DNA from: Pseudogymnoascus verrucosus
Taxonomy: Eukaryota
Strand: one strand, 5' to 3'
Assembly (NCBI GenBank): GCA_001662655.1
Contig: KV460231.1
Length of the DNA stretch: 64,000 bases
Within the stretch, counting starts at the first letter, position 1, and the number at the start of each line of letters is the position of its first letter. Position numbers and translations under genes: made by a program. The notes under the pieces were generated by a model. It searched no databases and had not been told where the DNA came from. It saw only the letters and a program-made list of their open reading frames with translations. Shown piece by piece: positions 1 to 12,900 of the stretch.

Positions 1-103
1 GCTGGGTCCATTCGCGGCTCGACGCCGTTAAGTGGTATATTCCAAAAATCGTAAATATTGCGATCAAAGCCACAGCTCGCCATCTTCGCATTGAAAAGCC
101 CAT
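1..103 (-). CDS. 5' end of a gene running off the window edge; type II membrane or signal-anchored protein (glycosylation-enzyme-like N-terminus)
   Basis: The minus strand reads ccaccATGG (strong Kozak context), then MGFSMRRWRAVALIAIFTIFGIYHLTASSREWTQ: basic residues followed by a hydrophobic helix. The frame stays open to the edge. Confidence 0.55.
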   Translation of the reverse strand, partial: MGFSMRRWRAVALIAIFTIFGIYHLTASSREWTQ

Positions 104-872
104 GGTGGATTAATAATGCCCGCAATGGGGGTTTGGCCCAGTTCGAATTGAATAAGTAGCTCGTTTTATATCATTTCGTGACGTTGGTTGCTTCCGTCCC
201 TCATGCGACCGTATAAATCCGGACTGAATCGAGTTTCAGACAGGTGATTCTCCTCTGCAATTACCAAAGAAGTAAGTCGGTGTTTTCGGAGATTGGCTCA
301 GAAAAATATGTAGTTTAAGGGTCTCGAAGCGGTCTCTAAAGCTGGGGGACAATTGAACTAAGTCAAAAGCATCTACGTCAACCAAGGGAGGGAGCTCACC
401 AACAACGAAAGGATAAGCACGTGATATCTGATGTGTTCCACGAAAATTTGACCGATGGCTCCTCATTAATAGGGGATATGCGATCATCGATAACTGTTGT
501 AAATGTGGCCAGCAATAATGGGCCTTTCGTGCGGATCATTGCTCCCATAGTTTCCTGTGCCAGTCGTTATCTAGGGAGTTATCGGCGCAATGACGTAGAA
601 AATATTGGTGCCGCCGAAATGTCTCAGGAGGCTGCCGATAACAGTAATATTTACAGCAACCATAATCCAATTAAAGGAGTTCAATTACCTGAAGCTGTAG
701 TCGATGGGCCATCTATTGAAAATGGGACCAAAATGAGAGCTTAATTAATTTAAATAGCTGTATTGAGCTATGGAGTCCCTCAGACATATCGGCGGCAATG
801 AATAGATAGTGCTAAACATAGAAATATGATATTATTTGCGTTAAATTGTTAAATATGGTATCGAATTTGCTT

Positions 873-3800
873 CTATGTAAACTTAACCTCTCCAAACATG
901 GCCGCTCGCACCTGTACCAGCGCTGCCAACTCGAGAATAAACTCTTGCAGCACAATAATGTTGGTTAAAACATGGCTCACACTGACCATCTTCTCTACAA
1001 CCTCCTCCTCACGGTCTGTCTCCGTCTCCGTTCCCGTCTCATCCGTCCGCGCAGTGATCACGCTCCCCTCCTCGTCCCCTTCTCCATCTCCAACCGTACT
1101 TCCCGCCGGTGTACTCGGCGCAATGCTCGCAGTATCCACCACCCTCCTCCCACCTGCCTCTCCAACCACAATCTTCGCCATCCCCACCCTCCGCGTCAAA
1201 ATACCCCGATCAATATGCGCATACGCAGCAGACTGACTCGCACTCCCCATTGACTCCCACGCAACTCCATCCTCATCGAGCATCGACCCAGCCCCAGCCG
1301 TCTCTGACGCCCTCAGCGGCGAATTCGACACCACGCGCCCCCCGCCCGGCGTCCCATGTCCACTGCGCTTCTGCTCGCGCGACGTCCGGCCCCTTGCTAG
1401 AGGCGACGACGAGCGCGATGCCAGCTCAGGGAATATGCGCGAGGCGAGGGAGTCGATGGCAGCGCTGGCACCGAGGCGGCGCGTGCGAGACGTGCTTGCC
1501 GGGGGCGTGCGGCGCTGAGCAGGCGGGCTAGAGGAGCGGTCCGACTCGGAGCTTTTACGGTTTCCGCGGGCGTCGGTGCGGCGAGGTGGGGGAGGTGGAG
1601 GAGATTCAGCATCGAGTTTGAAGGCTTGGCGGCGAGCGTGGAGGAGGTCGTCGAAGCGGGGGATGGCGCTGCGGTAGGTGGTTGTTTGGGTGACGAGGGC
1701 GCGGAGGGTGAGTAGGAGGGGCGGGGTTGCTGCAGTTGAGAGGGTTGGGCGCCGGCGGGCTTCGCGGAGAGTTTCGATTTGCGAGAGTTCGATGGCTGCT
1801 TGGGAGCCTGGCTTGACGGGCTTGGAGGGCGCAGGTTGCTGGGGGGGTGTTGGGTAGGTGTATTTGCTTGGGTCGGGAAGGAGCCAGCCTTCGATGTTCA
1901 TGTATCCGCATATTGCTAGGTCGATGAGAGCTTCGGTTAGGGCGAGGTTTGTTTCCACTGAGTTGGTGAAAAAGGTTGACAGAATAGACAGAAGAGTCTT
2001 GAGGATCGGATCGTCCGGTCTTAGGGTATGGAGATGGACATCCTGCGGGGTTCCTGGGATGGTTGAGTGCTTTGCTGGAGGTTTGCTGATCCCTACCGGC
2101 ACAATAAGCTCGTGCGAACAGGGGTGGCTCTCAAGGAGGTTAGTTGCATCCTTAATATGGCCATCATAGATTTCATCAAATCCCTCTTGCACACTAATAT
2201 CGTTGGCTAGGTTGAGAATATATGTTAACTCCATCTGGTGAGCCCCAATCAACTTTTGGGGTCCATCTGTCACCACTCGGGTTGTCCTGAGCAAGGTTGA
2301 TACGGCGTACCGGTGGTGACGCCGTAAAATGACCGAAAATAGCTGTAGAGTCACAGTTATAGTTTGGACGCTCTTTGAACGCAAGCTACCAATAATAAGA
2401 TCAACAAGATTGAATAAATCAGGGGTCGATTGTTGCGTTCCCATAGTTGCCAAGTTCATCGACTTGCGCTTTCTTGCTTCACTAGCAAGCGATTTCGTTG
2501 ACGCCATGGATTCTAACATGGTTGTATCCGGCAGGGCTAATAAATAATTAAGGATGAGATGTATCATGTCTGGGTGCTCGACAGATTCGAGAACTCGTCG
2601 GAGGTACGTGAGGACGGCCACTGATGACCCGCCGTCTGCATCCGAAGACTCTAGAAGAGATGGGTATCTGGGAATAATTAGCAGAATTTCCGGAAACAGG
2701 GTGCCGCACTTACAATAACTGCTGAAGAAAAATAACTTGGAAATGCTCAAGCAAAGTCTGCCTCACCTCGACAGACTTGCAGTGATCAAGGACATCTTGC
2801 CAGAACACAAGATGTGAGAGAAACGTGTCCATTTGGCTCTGGAAATCCGTAGAAGCGGAGCTTACAATATCGGCTGTGGCTCTTGGATGTCTGAAGTCGG
2901 ACATAGCCAGAATTAACGGAAAGCTGTCTTCGGGGTAGTCAATGACCAGCTTTCGGCTCAACTGACTGTAAAGGGCGCCAAGCCCTGTAGCCATCAATGT
3001 TGCCAGGTCGCTCTCAACAAGCCACTGCTCCAAAGGCATAGAGACAGACGCCGACTCAATGATGTATAAGAGGCCAGTCCGCGCAAAATCTCCTATCCGC
3101 CCTTCATGGTGGATATAGTCTACCAGAAGGTAGAATAGGGGGAAATCCTCTTTGCTCGTCTTTCCCGTAAATCGCTCATGGTGACCCTTGTCTTCATCAT
3201 CCGAGGATACATCCCCCGTCGTGAACCATGCTGGCAATATTTCCGGCTGTAGTCGTATCTTCGCAGCGATTCCGAAGGCAAGCTCGATCACATCCACCTC
3301 GGTCTCCGAGTTCAGTCGGATGCTATTCGCCCCAGTGATGCGGGCCAGCAGGTTCATCAAACTCTGCGAGAAAGCCTCATTCTCTATGAAGTCCTCCTCT
3401 TCGCTCTCAATCAGTGTGCTGAACAAGGTGATAGCCTCCCTGATAATGTCTTCGTTGTAGGAAACCGTCGCTATCTTGGCGGCCGAGACGTATATCTGGT
3501 TCTGGGCGGAAAACGACAGGCACGGATGAGGAGAGGGCAGTCGCGACTCATCACTGAGGAACTTGTTGATGTTGCGCAGGCATGCTCTGATAGTGTCGGC
3601 TGTATCTGTGTCTTTCGACAAGTTCGTAACGTGTCGCCATTCTTGCTGGTATCTGTTAGTATCCGCGCCCCTCGGTCGCAACGGCTTCCACGTACCAACA
3701 ACTGGCTGTATTCCCTCCTAAAGCGCGCCAGGCGCTTCACCGGATCATTAAAGGCAGCCTTGCTCGGTGTTGATGGCGAGAGCGAAGTGCCTGCGATCAG

Positions 3801-3882
3801 TCTCGACCACTGCGGTATGGAATCAGCATCTAATTTCCACTCATTCATGGGGAACCGTAACCGGCCTACTTACAAAATCCAT
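873..3882 (-). CDS. FHIP/FAM160 (RAI16-like) family protein, Hook-FTS complex subunit; multi-exon
   Basis: Micro-exon ATGGATTTT|GTAAGT at 3882-3874 splices to WSRLIAG. ORFs 2710-3681 and 873-2750 carry FPLFYLLVDYIHHEGRIGDFARTGLLYI and C-terminal HVLTNIIVLQEFILELAALVQVRA, typical of the family. Confidence 0.85.
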
Positions 3883-5145
3883 CTTCTCTGGGGCATTACA
3901 CTTTCAAGGGCTATAAGTTGCTCGCCATGTCCCTTATTTTTCAATCAAAGGCTGTTTAATTATAAATATGTATGTGCTGTACTACCGCTTTGTCTCGGTG
4001 AAACGTGGTTGATGGTTACTACTATTTCCAATAAGCCTCGCTTCATCTCTTATCGCAAGGCCTAGGTCCGATAAGGCGGGGCACACTGCTCTAATTAGTT
4101 ACTGGTACCAGGAACAGCTCTTGGGTAACGACAGGAACAGTACCGTACCACCAGCTGGGAAGCACTTTCTTCTGTTTATTTATTTATGAAATAATCAATC
4201 TACTATGAAGATTCTCAAATATGATAGACACAGTCTACAGTGATCAATAAGCCTCATTTATTGGCGTATTTGCTCTGGACCGCCATGGGCCTGTACCTGC
4301 AAGACCTCACAGCCCTGAACGCAAGGCAGCGATCTATTGTACACCGTTTATTGAACGGCCTCTGTTTTTAAACTTTCGGGGGCGGCGCGAGAACCCTACA
4401 AACGGGCGTCCAAGGTCGGACGGACACAAAGGCAGGGCTCCCGATCCGATGCAGAGCTATTCCAAATGCATAAGCTGGAAGTTAATCATGGCCATAGAAA
4501 TGCTATCTAACATTCACCACGATCATGTCGTCAGTATGCGGTATGCACTGGCATAAGGGCAATTGAGATATGTGAGACATAGGGATGCTGTCATGGTGTG
4601 CTCATGGTCTCTGTCACCCATCGGACGACCCATACACGACCGGATGGAAGAAGGCTTGTTCCTTCTTGTCCCTTCTTCCATTCGGTTTGAGACAGCGCGT
4701 GCCTGGCAACTAGTATCCTTCGGATTTCGAGTACCTGGTGAGCACACTGCATCTGTGATATCGAAAAAGTTGACCTACGGGCCATGATTCGTCAAACTGC
4801 CATGCTCCTATGTCCAATGGGGACGCCGACTTGGGCGACCAACCGCCAGGCTGGGATAGGACAGGGCAAAGTACATCGTATCGAGGCGGTGCAAGGCCGC
4901 TCTTGGTTTACTTTATAATCCCCATGTGGGGAGGAACCCTTACCAAAACCCTTGACGACATTATCACGGGCGCTCTTTGTTTCTCTTTCGATGTTCTATA
5001 TCTTCTTAATGCCTCTTATATTTAGTCTTGGTTTCGTTTTCCCCTTCTAGCTTCTGTGCTCTTCAATACTGTCACCGAACCCTTCAATGATCGTCGCCTA
5101 CAAGGCTGAGCAACAGCCAAGCACCGCCACCAAACCACCTCCACA

Positions 5146-7047
5146 ATGGGACTTTTTGGGAAGTCAAAGAAGAAGGACTCGTATGAGTCGCAGCAAACAT
5201 ACGGTCAACGAGCACAGTCATCGTATGATTTGACTTGTGACCGCCGGCGCTACAGAGATGGGGACTATGCGCTCGACCATCGCCAGCAGTATCAGTACCA
5301 GCAGTATGGTGCGCCGGCTCTCGCTCCACCAGGCTGGATGCTGGCACCGCCGTACATGCAACCGCAACAGCAACCGATTCTGATACAGAACAATTACGTA
5401 CTTGCGCCTCCGGCACCTCAGTCGAATGGGAAGGTTAGCAAGGTCAACAAGCTGGCCTCTGCTTCAGTCGCCAATCTCCCGTCCTTTCTACAAGGAGATC
5501 TGCCGAATTACATTCCGGGTGCGCAACTCTTCAATAGTGGGGTTGCAGAGTGGCAGAAAGAAGGCGTTCAGTACATGAACCAAGGAGCAGCGCTTACTGA
5601 TTTGATCTCGTCGAGATTTGATTCGGTTCTCACTTTGATGGACAGCGATAAGTTTGGTAGAGATGAGCACGAGTTGGTCGAGCTTAACGTTACCGAACAA
5701 GGTCAAGAGCCAGTACCTGCAACTCGAGATCGGGCTTTGACGACGTCACGGAAAACTTCCAATACGAGAGCGGATGACCGCGGACCTCAAGGTATTGGAA
5801 AGGCGATATCAACAACGGATGTCTTCACGAAATGGAAGCTTTACTCAAATTCCATGGTTGCGGAGTCTTTGACTCCCGTTAAATTGTAAGCTATCCTCAA
5901 AGAACCATGTTTGCAGTATATTAACATTGAGTAGTTACACGTCGACTCTCCCGCTTCTTTGTATAGCGGCCCAGTACTCAGACCGTGTGTACCACACTCC
6001 GAAGGGTCAAGAGAGGCATGAACACATACCACCCAATGTCCGCTTGGGAACCAAGGCTATGGTGATAAAGTCAGTGCCGGTAGATGCCCAAGATGTGATT
6101 GTCTTTGCAATCAGAGGCAGCGCCAGGTTTATGGATTGGGCTGTCAACATGAACCAAACTCCGGCCTCGCCTTCTGGCTTCCTGGTAAGGACTAATCACT
6201 GAAGCTCATCAACAACTACTAACACATTCCACAGGATGATGCTGGAAACCTCTGTCATGCAGGCTTTCTCGACGTTGCTCGCAATATGATCAAGCCTGTT
6301 GCAGCTCGCCTACGACACCTCCTCCAAGAAGACCCTTCACGGTCTCGCTGCTCTCTTCTCATAACCGGCCACTCCGCAGGCGGAGCGATTGCCGCACTGC
6401 TATACAGCCACATGCTCTCGTCGAGTCGAGGAGCAGACTCCGAACTCCGAGCTCTAGCTGGCTTCTTCAAACGAATCCACTGTATCACATTTGGATCGCC
6501 TCCGATATCTCTATTACCACTCCAAAAACCGCAAACCCCGGAGTTACGGAAGAGCCTCTTCCTCAGCTTCATTAACGAAGGCGACCCGGTATCCAGAGCT
6601 AGCATAGCTTATGTGCGGTCGCTGCTCGACTTATACCTCACGCCAGCCCCCATGGTCGCGAGTTCTCGGTCAAGATCAGAACAAAAACCAATGCCTAAGT
6701 CTATTCTCAAGAATAGCAAAGCCGCAAGTTCAAGCACGCTCGCCGTTAACGACTACCGCCCGCCTCTTCCAAGCCGCTCTACGAGCGCCCCTGACGGAGC
6801 TTCACCGATATGGAGAGTGCCAAATGCAACATTGAGTAACGGCGGTAAACTCATTCTACTCCGCGCCGTGCCTCGAAAGCTGGACTACAAATCGAGGCAA
6901 AGTGGCGGCGGGGATGTTATTCAAGCTCGTCTCGTTTCCGATGAACAGCTGAGATCTGTGGTTTTCGGCGAGATGGTCGCGCATTCAATGTCTACCTACT
7001 TGAGGCGGATAAATATTCTGGCGACGAATGCGATAACGAATCGCTGA
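5146..7047 (+). CDS. Lipase class 3 family alpha/beta-hydrolase; 3 exons
   Basis: VFAIRGS...DWAVN, CHAGFL, nucleophile motif TGHSAGG, ITFGSPP and NEGDPV. Introns at about 5886-5934 and 6186-6234. Confidence 0.85.
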
Positions 7048-7906
7048 AAAGGCGTCGCTGCGCGATTGGGAGTTATGGAGGGAATAGGAGGCGAATTAAC
7101 GATACCCGGGCGGATATGGAGTTATGAATCATCACGAATAAATGTCTAATAATACGTAATTTTTACACGGCAGGTCAACAGTCACCCTCGGTGGCGGTAT
7201 ATTTGGTATTTGCCAAGAGTGCGTTACTGTCTGCTCTAGAAATTATATAGTCAATATATAAATAATCAAACATCAGCTCTTGTCGGAAAATAAGTATAAG
7301 TTAGCTCTATGTCTACAGTACTTGCATTCCGAGTTTCACGTTCGTAAACAAACCCATACCAGCACCAAGAAAATCCCGTCATCACGAGCCCAAGTCCAAC
7401 AAACCAGCCAGCATGTGATAAAGGGCTGGGTTCAGCCTTGTCCCCAGCTAGCCTCACCCACCGTCACGCCGCCGATAACATCTCCTATCCAATCAGCGTC
7501 CCCGGCCAGACCATCCGGCGTGCCTCGGCCCCGTCCCGAGCACCAAAAAAAAGAGGCTCTTATCACACCACGAAATCATCATCGAGCTCCACAACGTCCC
7601 GATAAATGGCAGTCGGAGGCCAATGGGAACGGGTTGCGGCGTGGTTGAGGGTCCAGATGTGCTCGGAATACCTCGGTCCAATGTGAGCACGGCGGAGAGG
7701 ATTGTGAACGCCGTGATGCATATTGGCTTATAGTTGAGGCCCGTCTTGCCACTATTTTTCTCCTGATATATATCCTTTCCCCAGACTCTTTCTCCAGACT
7801 GTAATCCGTATATTTTCGCTTGACAGGTGTCCACCAGCGAACTCGCTTTGAAATATCGTGCTTGGGATAGAAGATTCAACTAAAACAAAACACCACAAAC
7901 GCAGCT

Positions 7907-8946
7907 ATGAGCCCCAAGGGAGATTTCGCGGCCGTCCGCAAGGACATCAAGGCCCTCCTCAACCAGCCAGAATACGATGATGGCTCTGCAGGCCCAGTCC
8001 TCGTCCGCCTCGCATGGTAAGCAGCTTTCCTACGCAGCAGCACCCTCCCACAAACCCATCCACTAACACAAACCACAGGCACTCGTCCGGAACCTACGAC
8101 ATCCGCACCGACACCGGTGGCTCCAACGGCGCCGGCATGCGCTACGAGATCGAAGGCGGCGACCCCGCGAACGCCGGCCTCCAACACGCCCGCGTCCTCC
8201 TCGAGCCCGTCAAGGCCGCACACCCATGGATCACCTACGCCGACCTGTGGACACTCGCCGGCAAGGTGGCGCTCGAGGAGGCTGGTGGTCCTGAGATCGC
8301 GTGGCAGGGAGGGCGTACCGATTACGTCGACGATAGCAAGATCAAGGAGATCCGCGGCAGGCTGCCGGATGCGGCGCAGGGAAGCGATCATTTGAGGAAC
8401 ATCTTCTACAGGATGGGGTTTAATGATCAGGAGATTGTGGCGCTGAGCGGTGCGCATACGCTTGGGAGGTGCCATGGGGATCGTTCGGGGTTCGAGGGGA
8501 AGTGGGTTAACAACCCGACGAGGTTCTCGAACCAGTACTTTAAGCTGCTGTCGACGCTGGAGTGGGAGCCGAGGACGCTGGCAAGCGGTGTCAAGCAGTT
8601 TGGGTATACGGATGAGGATACCGAGACGGAGCTGATGATGTTGCCGAGTGATATGGCGTTGTTGGCTGATAAGGGATTTGAGCCGTGGGTGAAGAAGTAC
8701 GGTGCGGATAAGGAGCTGTTCTTCAAGGACTTCGCGGCCGTGTTCGCGAAGTTGATGGAGTTGGGCATTAAGAGGAATGAGAGGGGTGAGGTCACGAACT
8801 TGGATAACGAGAAGGGTGGATATATCTCGGCGCCGAAGAAGGCTGATACCCCTGGCTACAAGAAGCACTCCGGTGATGATGGACAGCCCGTTGCGGAGGC
8901 TGAGGGCCTTGAGAAGAAGAACGCACAGTACAGATCGAGATTGTAA
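7907..8946 (+). CDS. Class I heme peroxidase (cytochrome c peroxidase-like, Ccp2 type) with a C-terminal PTS1
   Basis: Exon 1 MSPKGDF...[10 protein letters not shown] joins HSSGTYD (distal RxxWH). Proximal [13 protein letters not shown] and [12 protein letters not shown] are present. It ends in SRL and has no mitochondrial presequence. Confidence 0.92.
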
Positions 8947-9175
8947 GGGTGTAGACAGAGACGTATGGTTGTATGATTTAATGGTTGCAGCGGGTTACTA
9001 CTCTGCCTTTTGGGGAATTAGAAGAATAGATGGGTTGGATACACAATTAGACTAGACAGAGACATAGAGAGAATAAAAGGCTCGTCATCAAGAAGCGCTG
9101 TTTTCACATGACCTCTCAACCGTTACATTGCTGCAACTATCCACTATTATCCCCAAGTAAGTGGCTTAACATGCT

Positions 9176-9587
9176 CCCATATCTAGAAGTTAAACGTTCC
9201 TGAGGAAGCTACGACTGCAGATTCGCCAGGTAATCGTTCTTTCCATATATACGGCCTGCATATCCCGAGCAAGGTGCGATTGAGACTTGCTTTGTTATCG
9301 TTCTTTCCATATCTATAGCATCGAAATTGCGAGGAAGCTGCGACTGAAGCTTGCTTGGTAATCGTTCTTTCCATATTTATATCTTGAGAATTCCGAGGAA
9401 GCGGCGACTGAGGATGGCTTGGTAATCGTTCTTGCCATATCTATAAACTTGAAAACTTCAAGGAAGCTGCGATTAAGGATTGCTTGGTAATCGTTCCTTC
9501 CATATGTATAACTTGAAAATGTCGAGGAAGCTGCGATTGAGGCGTGTTTGGTAATCGTTCTTTCCATATATTGGGGGTAATCGTTCT
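9176..9587. repeat. Tandem array A: 6 units of 64-65 bp plus partial units at both ends
   Basis: Units start at 9202, 9267, 9331, 9395, 9460 and 9524. Consensus core GAGGAAGCTGCGAYTGAGGCTTGCTTGGTAATCGTTCTTTCCATAT is followed by an 18-19 nt linker. A partial GGTAATCGTTCT lies at 9576-9587. Confidence 0.95.
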
Positions 9588-9976
9588 GCCTTCACGTGGT
9601 GGACGGGATACATGCGGCTTCATGATACTGGTCAATTATAATACAATCCACACAGCGAATACACATGCATGTCAATAATAGCTGCGATGCACAAATCATG
9701 TGTTTCATATTCTGATCTCTCGTAACGTATCCGTGCTGATCACAGAAAATGAAATATTGACAAAATCCTTCAGCAGCAGTTTGCCTCCGCAGTAAAGACA
9801 GGGTATATATGTTTAAGTGACTGGCATCGCTCGACCTTGACACGAATACCAAAACATCAAAAGAAAGTCGTAATAAGAAAATTCGTTCCACGATATCCGC
9901 CCTCAACCCCCTCTTCAGTCTAGACCACAACGAATGCAGCAACAGCAACGTTCTTGCCAAGCAACACGGCAGACAC

Positions 9977-12900
9977 CTAATCTTCATAATCCAACTCTTC
10001 ATCTTCATCAACCACCGCTTCGTCTTTGACCTCCCAAAACCTGGGATGGTGCTCATCTTCCACCTGCGCTAACTTCACGTAGGTATTATCTGGCTTCAGC
10101 ATGGCGTACATGGCCGGTATAACTGATACAGGGCCCTTGGACATAGCCTTCAGATGAGCCAGCTGCTTTCCGGCCAACCACCAGACCATCTTGCTCACAT
10201 AGCGTCTGTGTTGGGTGCTGAAAAGAATAGATGCTTTCAGAAGTTCCCAGGTAGATAGCTCGGCGTTGGCGAGATATGGCATCGTTAAAGATCTGGTGAA
10301 GGCCGTATCCATGGCAGGCTTGATCTCGCACCACTGAGGGTAGACGTCGTCAATGGCTGTCGAGAATATGTTTTTCGATTCCTCGTCGTCACTGGTGGAA
10401 CGAAAGTACTTTATCCACAGTTTTCGAATAGGCTCGATGTCCGCGTCGAGCCCCCTGAGAACCGACGCCCACTCATCTGAAGTCTGGGCTTCCTTCCTTG
10501 CAAACTTAGCTAGTTGAACAACATCGTCGTCCCAATATTGAGGAATTGGCAGGTTATTGTGTAGATCTGCCAAAGTATCATCTATAGTTTTCTGGGCAAC
10601 CCTGAATTTCAAATGGTCGATTAAGTGTATTTCTCCTCTTGGGTTTCCATCAAAAGCAGGCCGCTTGTAATTTGGTTCCCTCACCAGTACTCGAATCTTT
10701 TCTGCCTTCGCCCTCTCCCAGTCGCTCTCGGTAAAGGAATATCCTTGCTTTGCTTGATCAACGAGGGAACTTAGAAGTGTGCTCAAAAAGACTGCCTCCT
10801 CACATGCAACACTCCCTTTTGTATAGCAAAGCTTTTCTTTGAAATTAGTACAGATCCCAAGCATATTTTGCTTGAGGTTAAAGTCGAAACTGTTTGCTAG
10901 AAACTCATCGATTGTGTTCTTGGGATTCTTCCAGGCAAGCTCCGCGTAGGTCGTGCTGTTTTTTGTGATGTACCCCTCTTTAACCATGTCGCTACAGACC
11001 GGCATTTTTGCGTTCTCAAATTCGCTCACGATCTCTGTTTGCCAACAAACCCAAGCAATGTCGCCGTCATAATCCCCACCAGAGAGCTCCCCAGCGAGCG
11101 GAGAATCCCCTTGTGTCGAGAAAACGATAACGTCCTTGAGGGCAGACAGTTGAGGCTTGAACACGGCTCTGACTTTTTGGATATCTGAGGTGTAGTGGGC
11201 TGGAGATCGCGCCACGAGGATATCCATATCCGATAAGATGGTATCACAAAAACCAGTTGCTTCATCTTTGAAAGCCGTCGAAAACCCTATATGAACTTCT
11301 CTCGGGCCCAGAGTGCCGGTGAAGTCGACGACCATCGGTAAGTACGCTGACCGCCCAACCGAGATGTTTAGTTTGGTTTTTAGAATCTCGCCCCTCGCAA
11401 CGTTTGCCTTTCTGGCTAGGTCTCTTACAAAAGACTGTTCCTTCGGATTGAATCCAGCGTCAAGTAGCAAGTTTATCTTTTCTCCCTGCGATTTCGGTAA
11501 CCCAGCCCAGTAGGCAACCTGACCGAGTTTGATTCTATCAGTTATCCCAGGGTCGGTCTCGCGGACCCATTTGCGGAAAGACAGTGGGTTATCCATTGCC
11601 GCACGCTGTCGTCCCATCTCATAAGTCAGGCCATTTTCCAACATCCGGGACAAAGCCTCGCGCATTCCCTTTCCATTGCTTCTACCTCTGTCTTCAAGAA
11701 TCGGAAGAAACTGCAAATTCAGTGTCGCTGAGCGGACTGGCTTCGACCAACGGAGAACTTCGAATATTCTATGGCAAGGGTCGGTGAAAAAGCTACTATT
11801 ATCCCATTTCACCTGAGAGGGATAGATTTTAATGTTCGTCTTGTCACCGAAATCTTTCACATCAACTATCCACATTCCTTTTGCGCCGCCTATTCGAGCC
11901 TGAAACGCACTTGGCGTATAATCCAAGTTGAGCTTCTGAGCGATATTGTGGGCCAATTTGCGAGAGATCTGGCCGCAGCCATCGTTCATTACTTCGCCGC
12001 TTTCTGAACAATAATCATAGCGGACGAAGGATATCTCCGTGGCTTTCAGTGAAACAGTTGCATATGTTTTGCTCAAACCTGTGAGAGCAGTTAGTAATTT
12101 TATAGAGACTAAGAAAAGGAACCAATGGCACAGGGCATGGCAAAATGATTCATTAGTACAGATGCCAATAAATAGAACCATTGAAAAAGGACCCGACGGA
12201 ATGATTCGTTTGTATAGAGACTAATGAAAGGAACCATTGAAATAGAGTCTCACTTACCAAGTGATATTCTCGAGAAAAGCTTAAGGTACGGCTGCTTCTG
12301 ATTTTTTTCCAGATGGAATGGAATCAGCCAATGTAACAGCCCTTTTACGGCAAACTTTGTGTGGTGCTTGGGATCATCGTTTGTGGCAGGTGGTGTTGGG
12401 CCCGTCTGAAATCCTGTGCCATCGACAGCAAAGAAAAAAACTTGGTGGGTCGCATTATTCTCCGCATCATCAGAGGCCTTCTTCAGTTCGATGTTATTGA
12501 TCTTCTTCGATCTGGCGTCCTTCAGGCCAAATGCGCGCCACTCAATACCCATGAACTGGTGGCCATAGCCTCTTATCCAATGGCTAATTTCTTTCCGCCT
12601 CATCTCCAAATCGTCTTCCGTGCTGCCAGGTGGTCGAAATTTGGTAAGGTTGGGCAAGGTCATCTCCAGAAATCGATCGTTGCCAAATCTTCTTCCGAAG
12701 CGATGGGTAAGAGCCGTGGCTAGGGGTTTGAGCTGGACCTTGAAGAAGGGGCCTGTCTTTGAGGAGGCAAACTTCAGTGACGCTGACATCACCACGCCTT
12801 CAAAGTTGCCAACAGACCACTTTTCCAGACTGGATGCCCAGACCTTAGGCGCGCATTTCTCTGGTAATGGTTTCCCTCGGAGTTGCGGTAAGTCCTTGAG

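Noticed and set aside
421..744. 107-aa ORF
   Set aside because: Non-ATG start, no recognisable motif, and it lies in the upstream region of the edge gene.
7876..8868. 330-aa minus-strand ORF
   Set aside because: Antisense shadow of the peroxidase. The same applies to many antisense ORFs over GC-rich genes.
9176..9587. Arrays A and B as true CRISPR arrays
   Set aside because: The context is eukaryotic with no cas genes, the repeats are degenerate, and the linkers are short and homologous to each other rather than unique spacers.
9183..9635. Short ORFs beginning MERTITK (also 62080-62274)
   Set aside because: They are by-products of an ATG inside each repeat unit. The 64-65 bp period shifts frame every unit.
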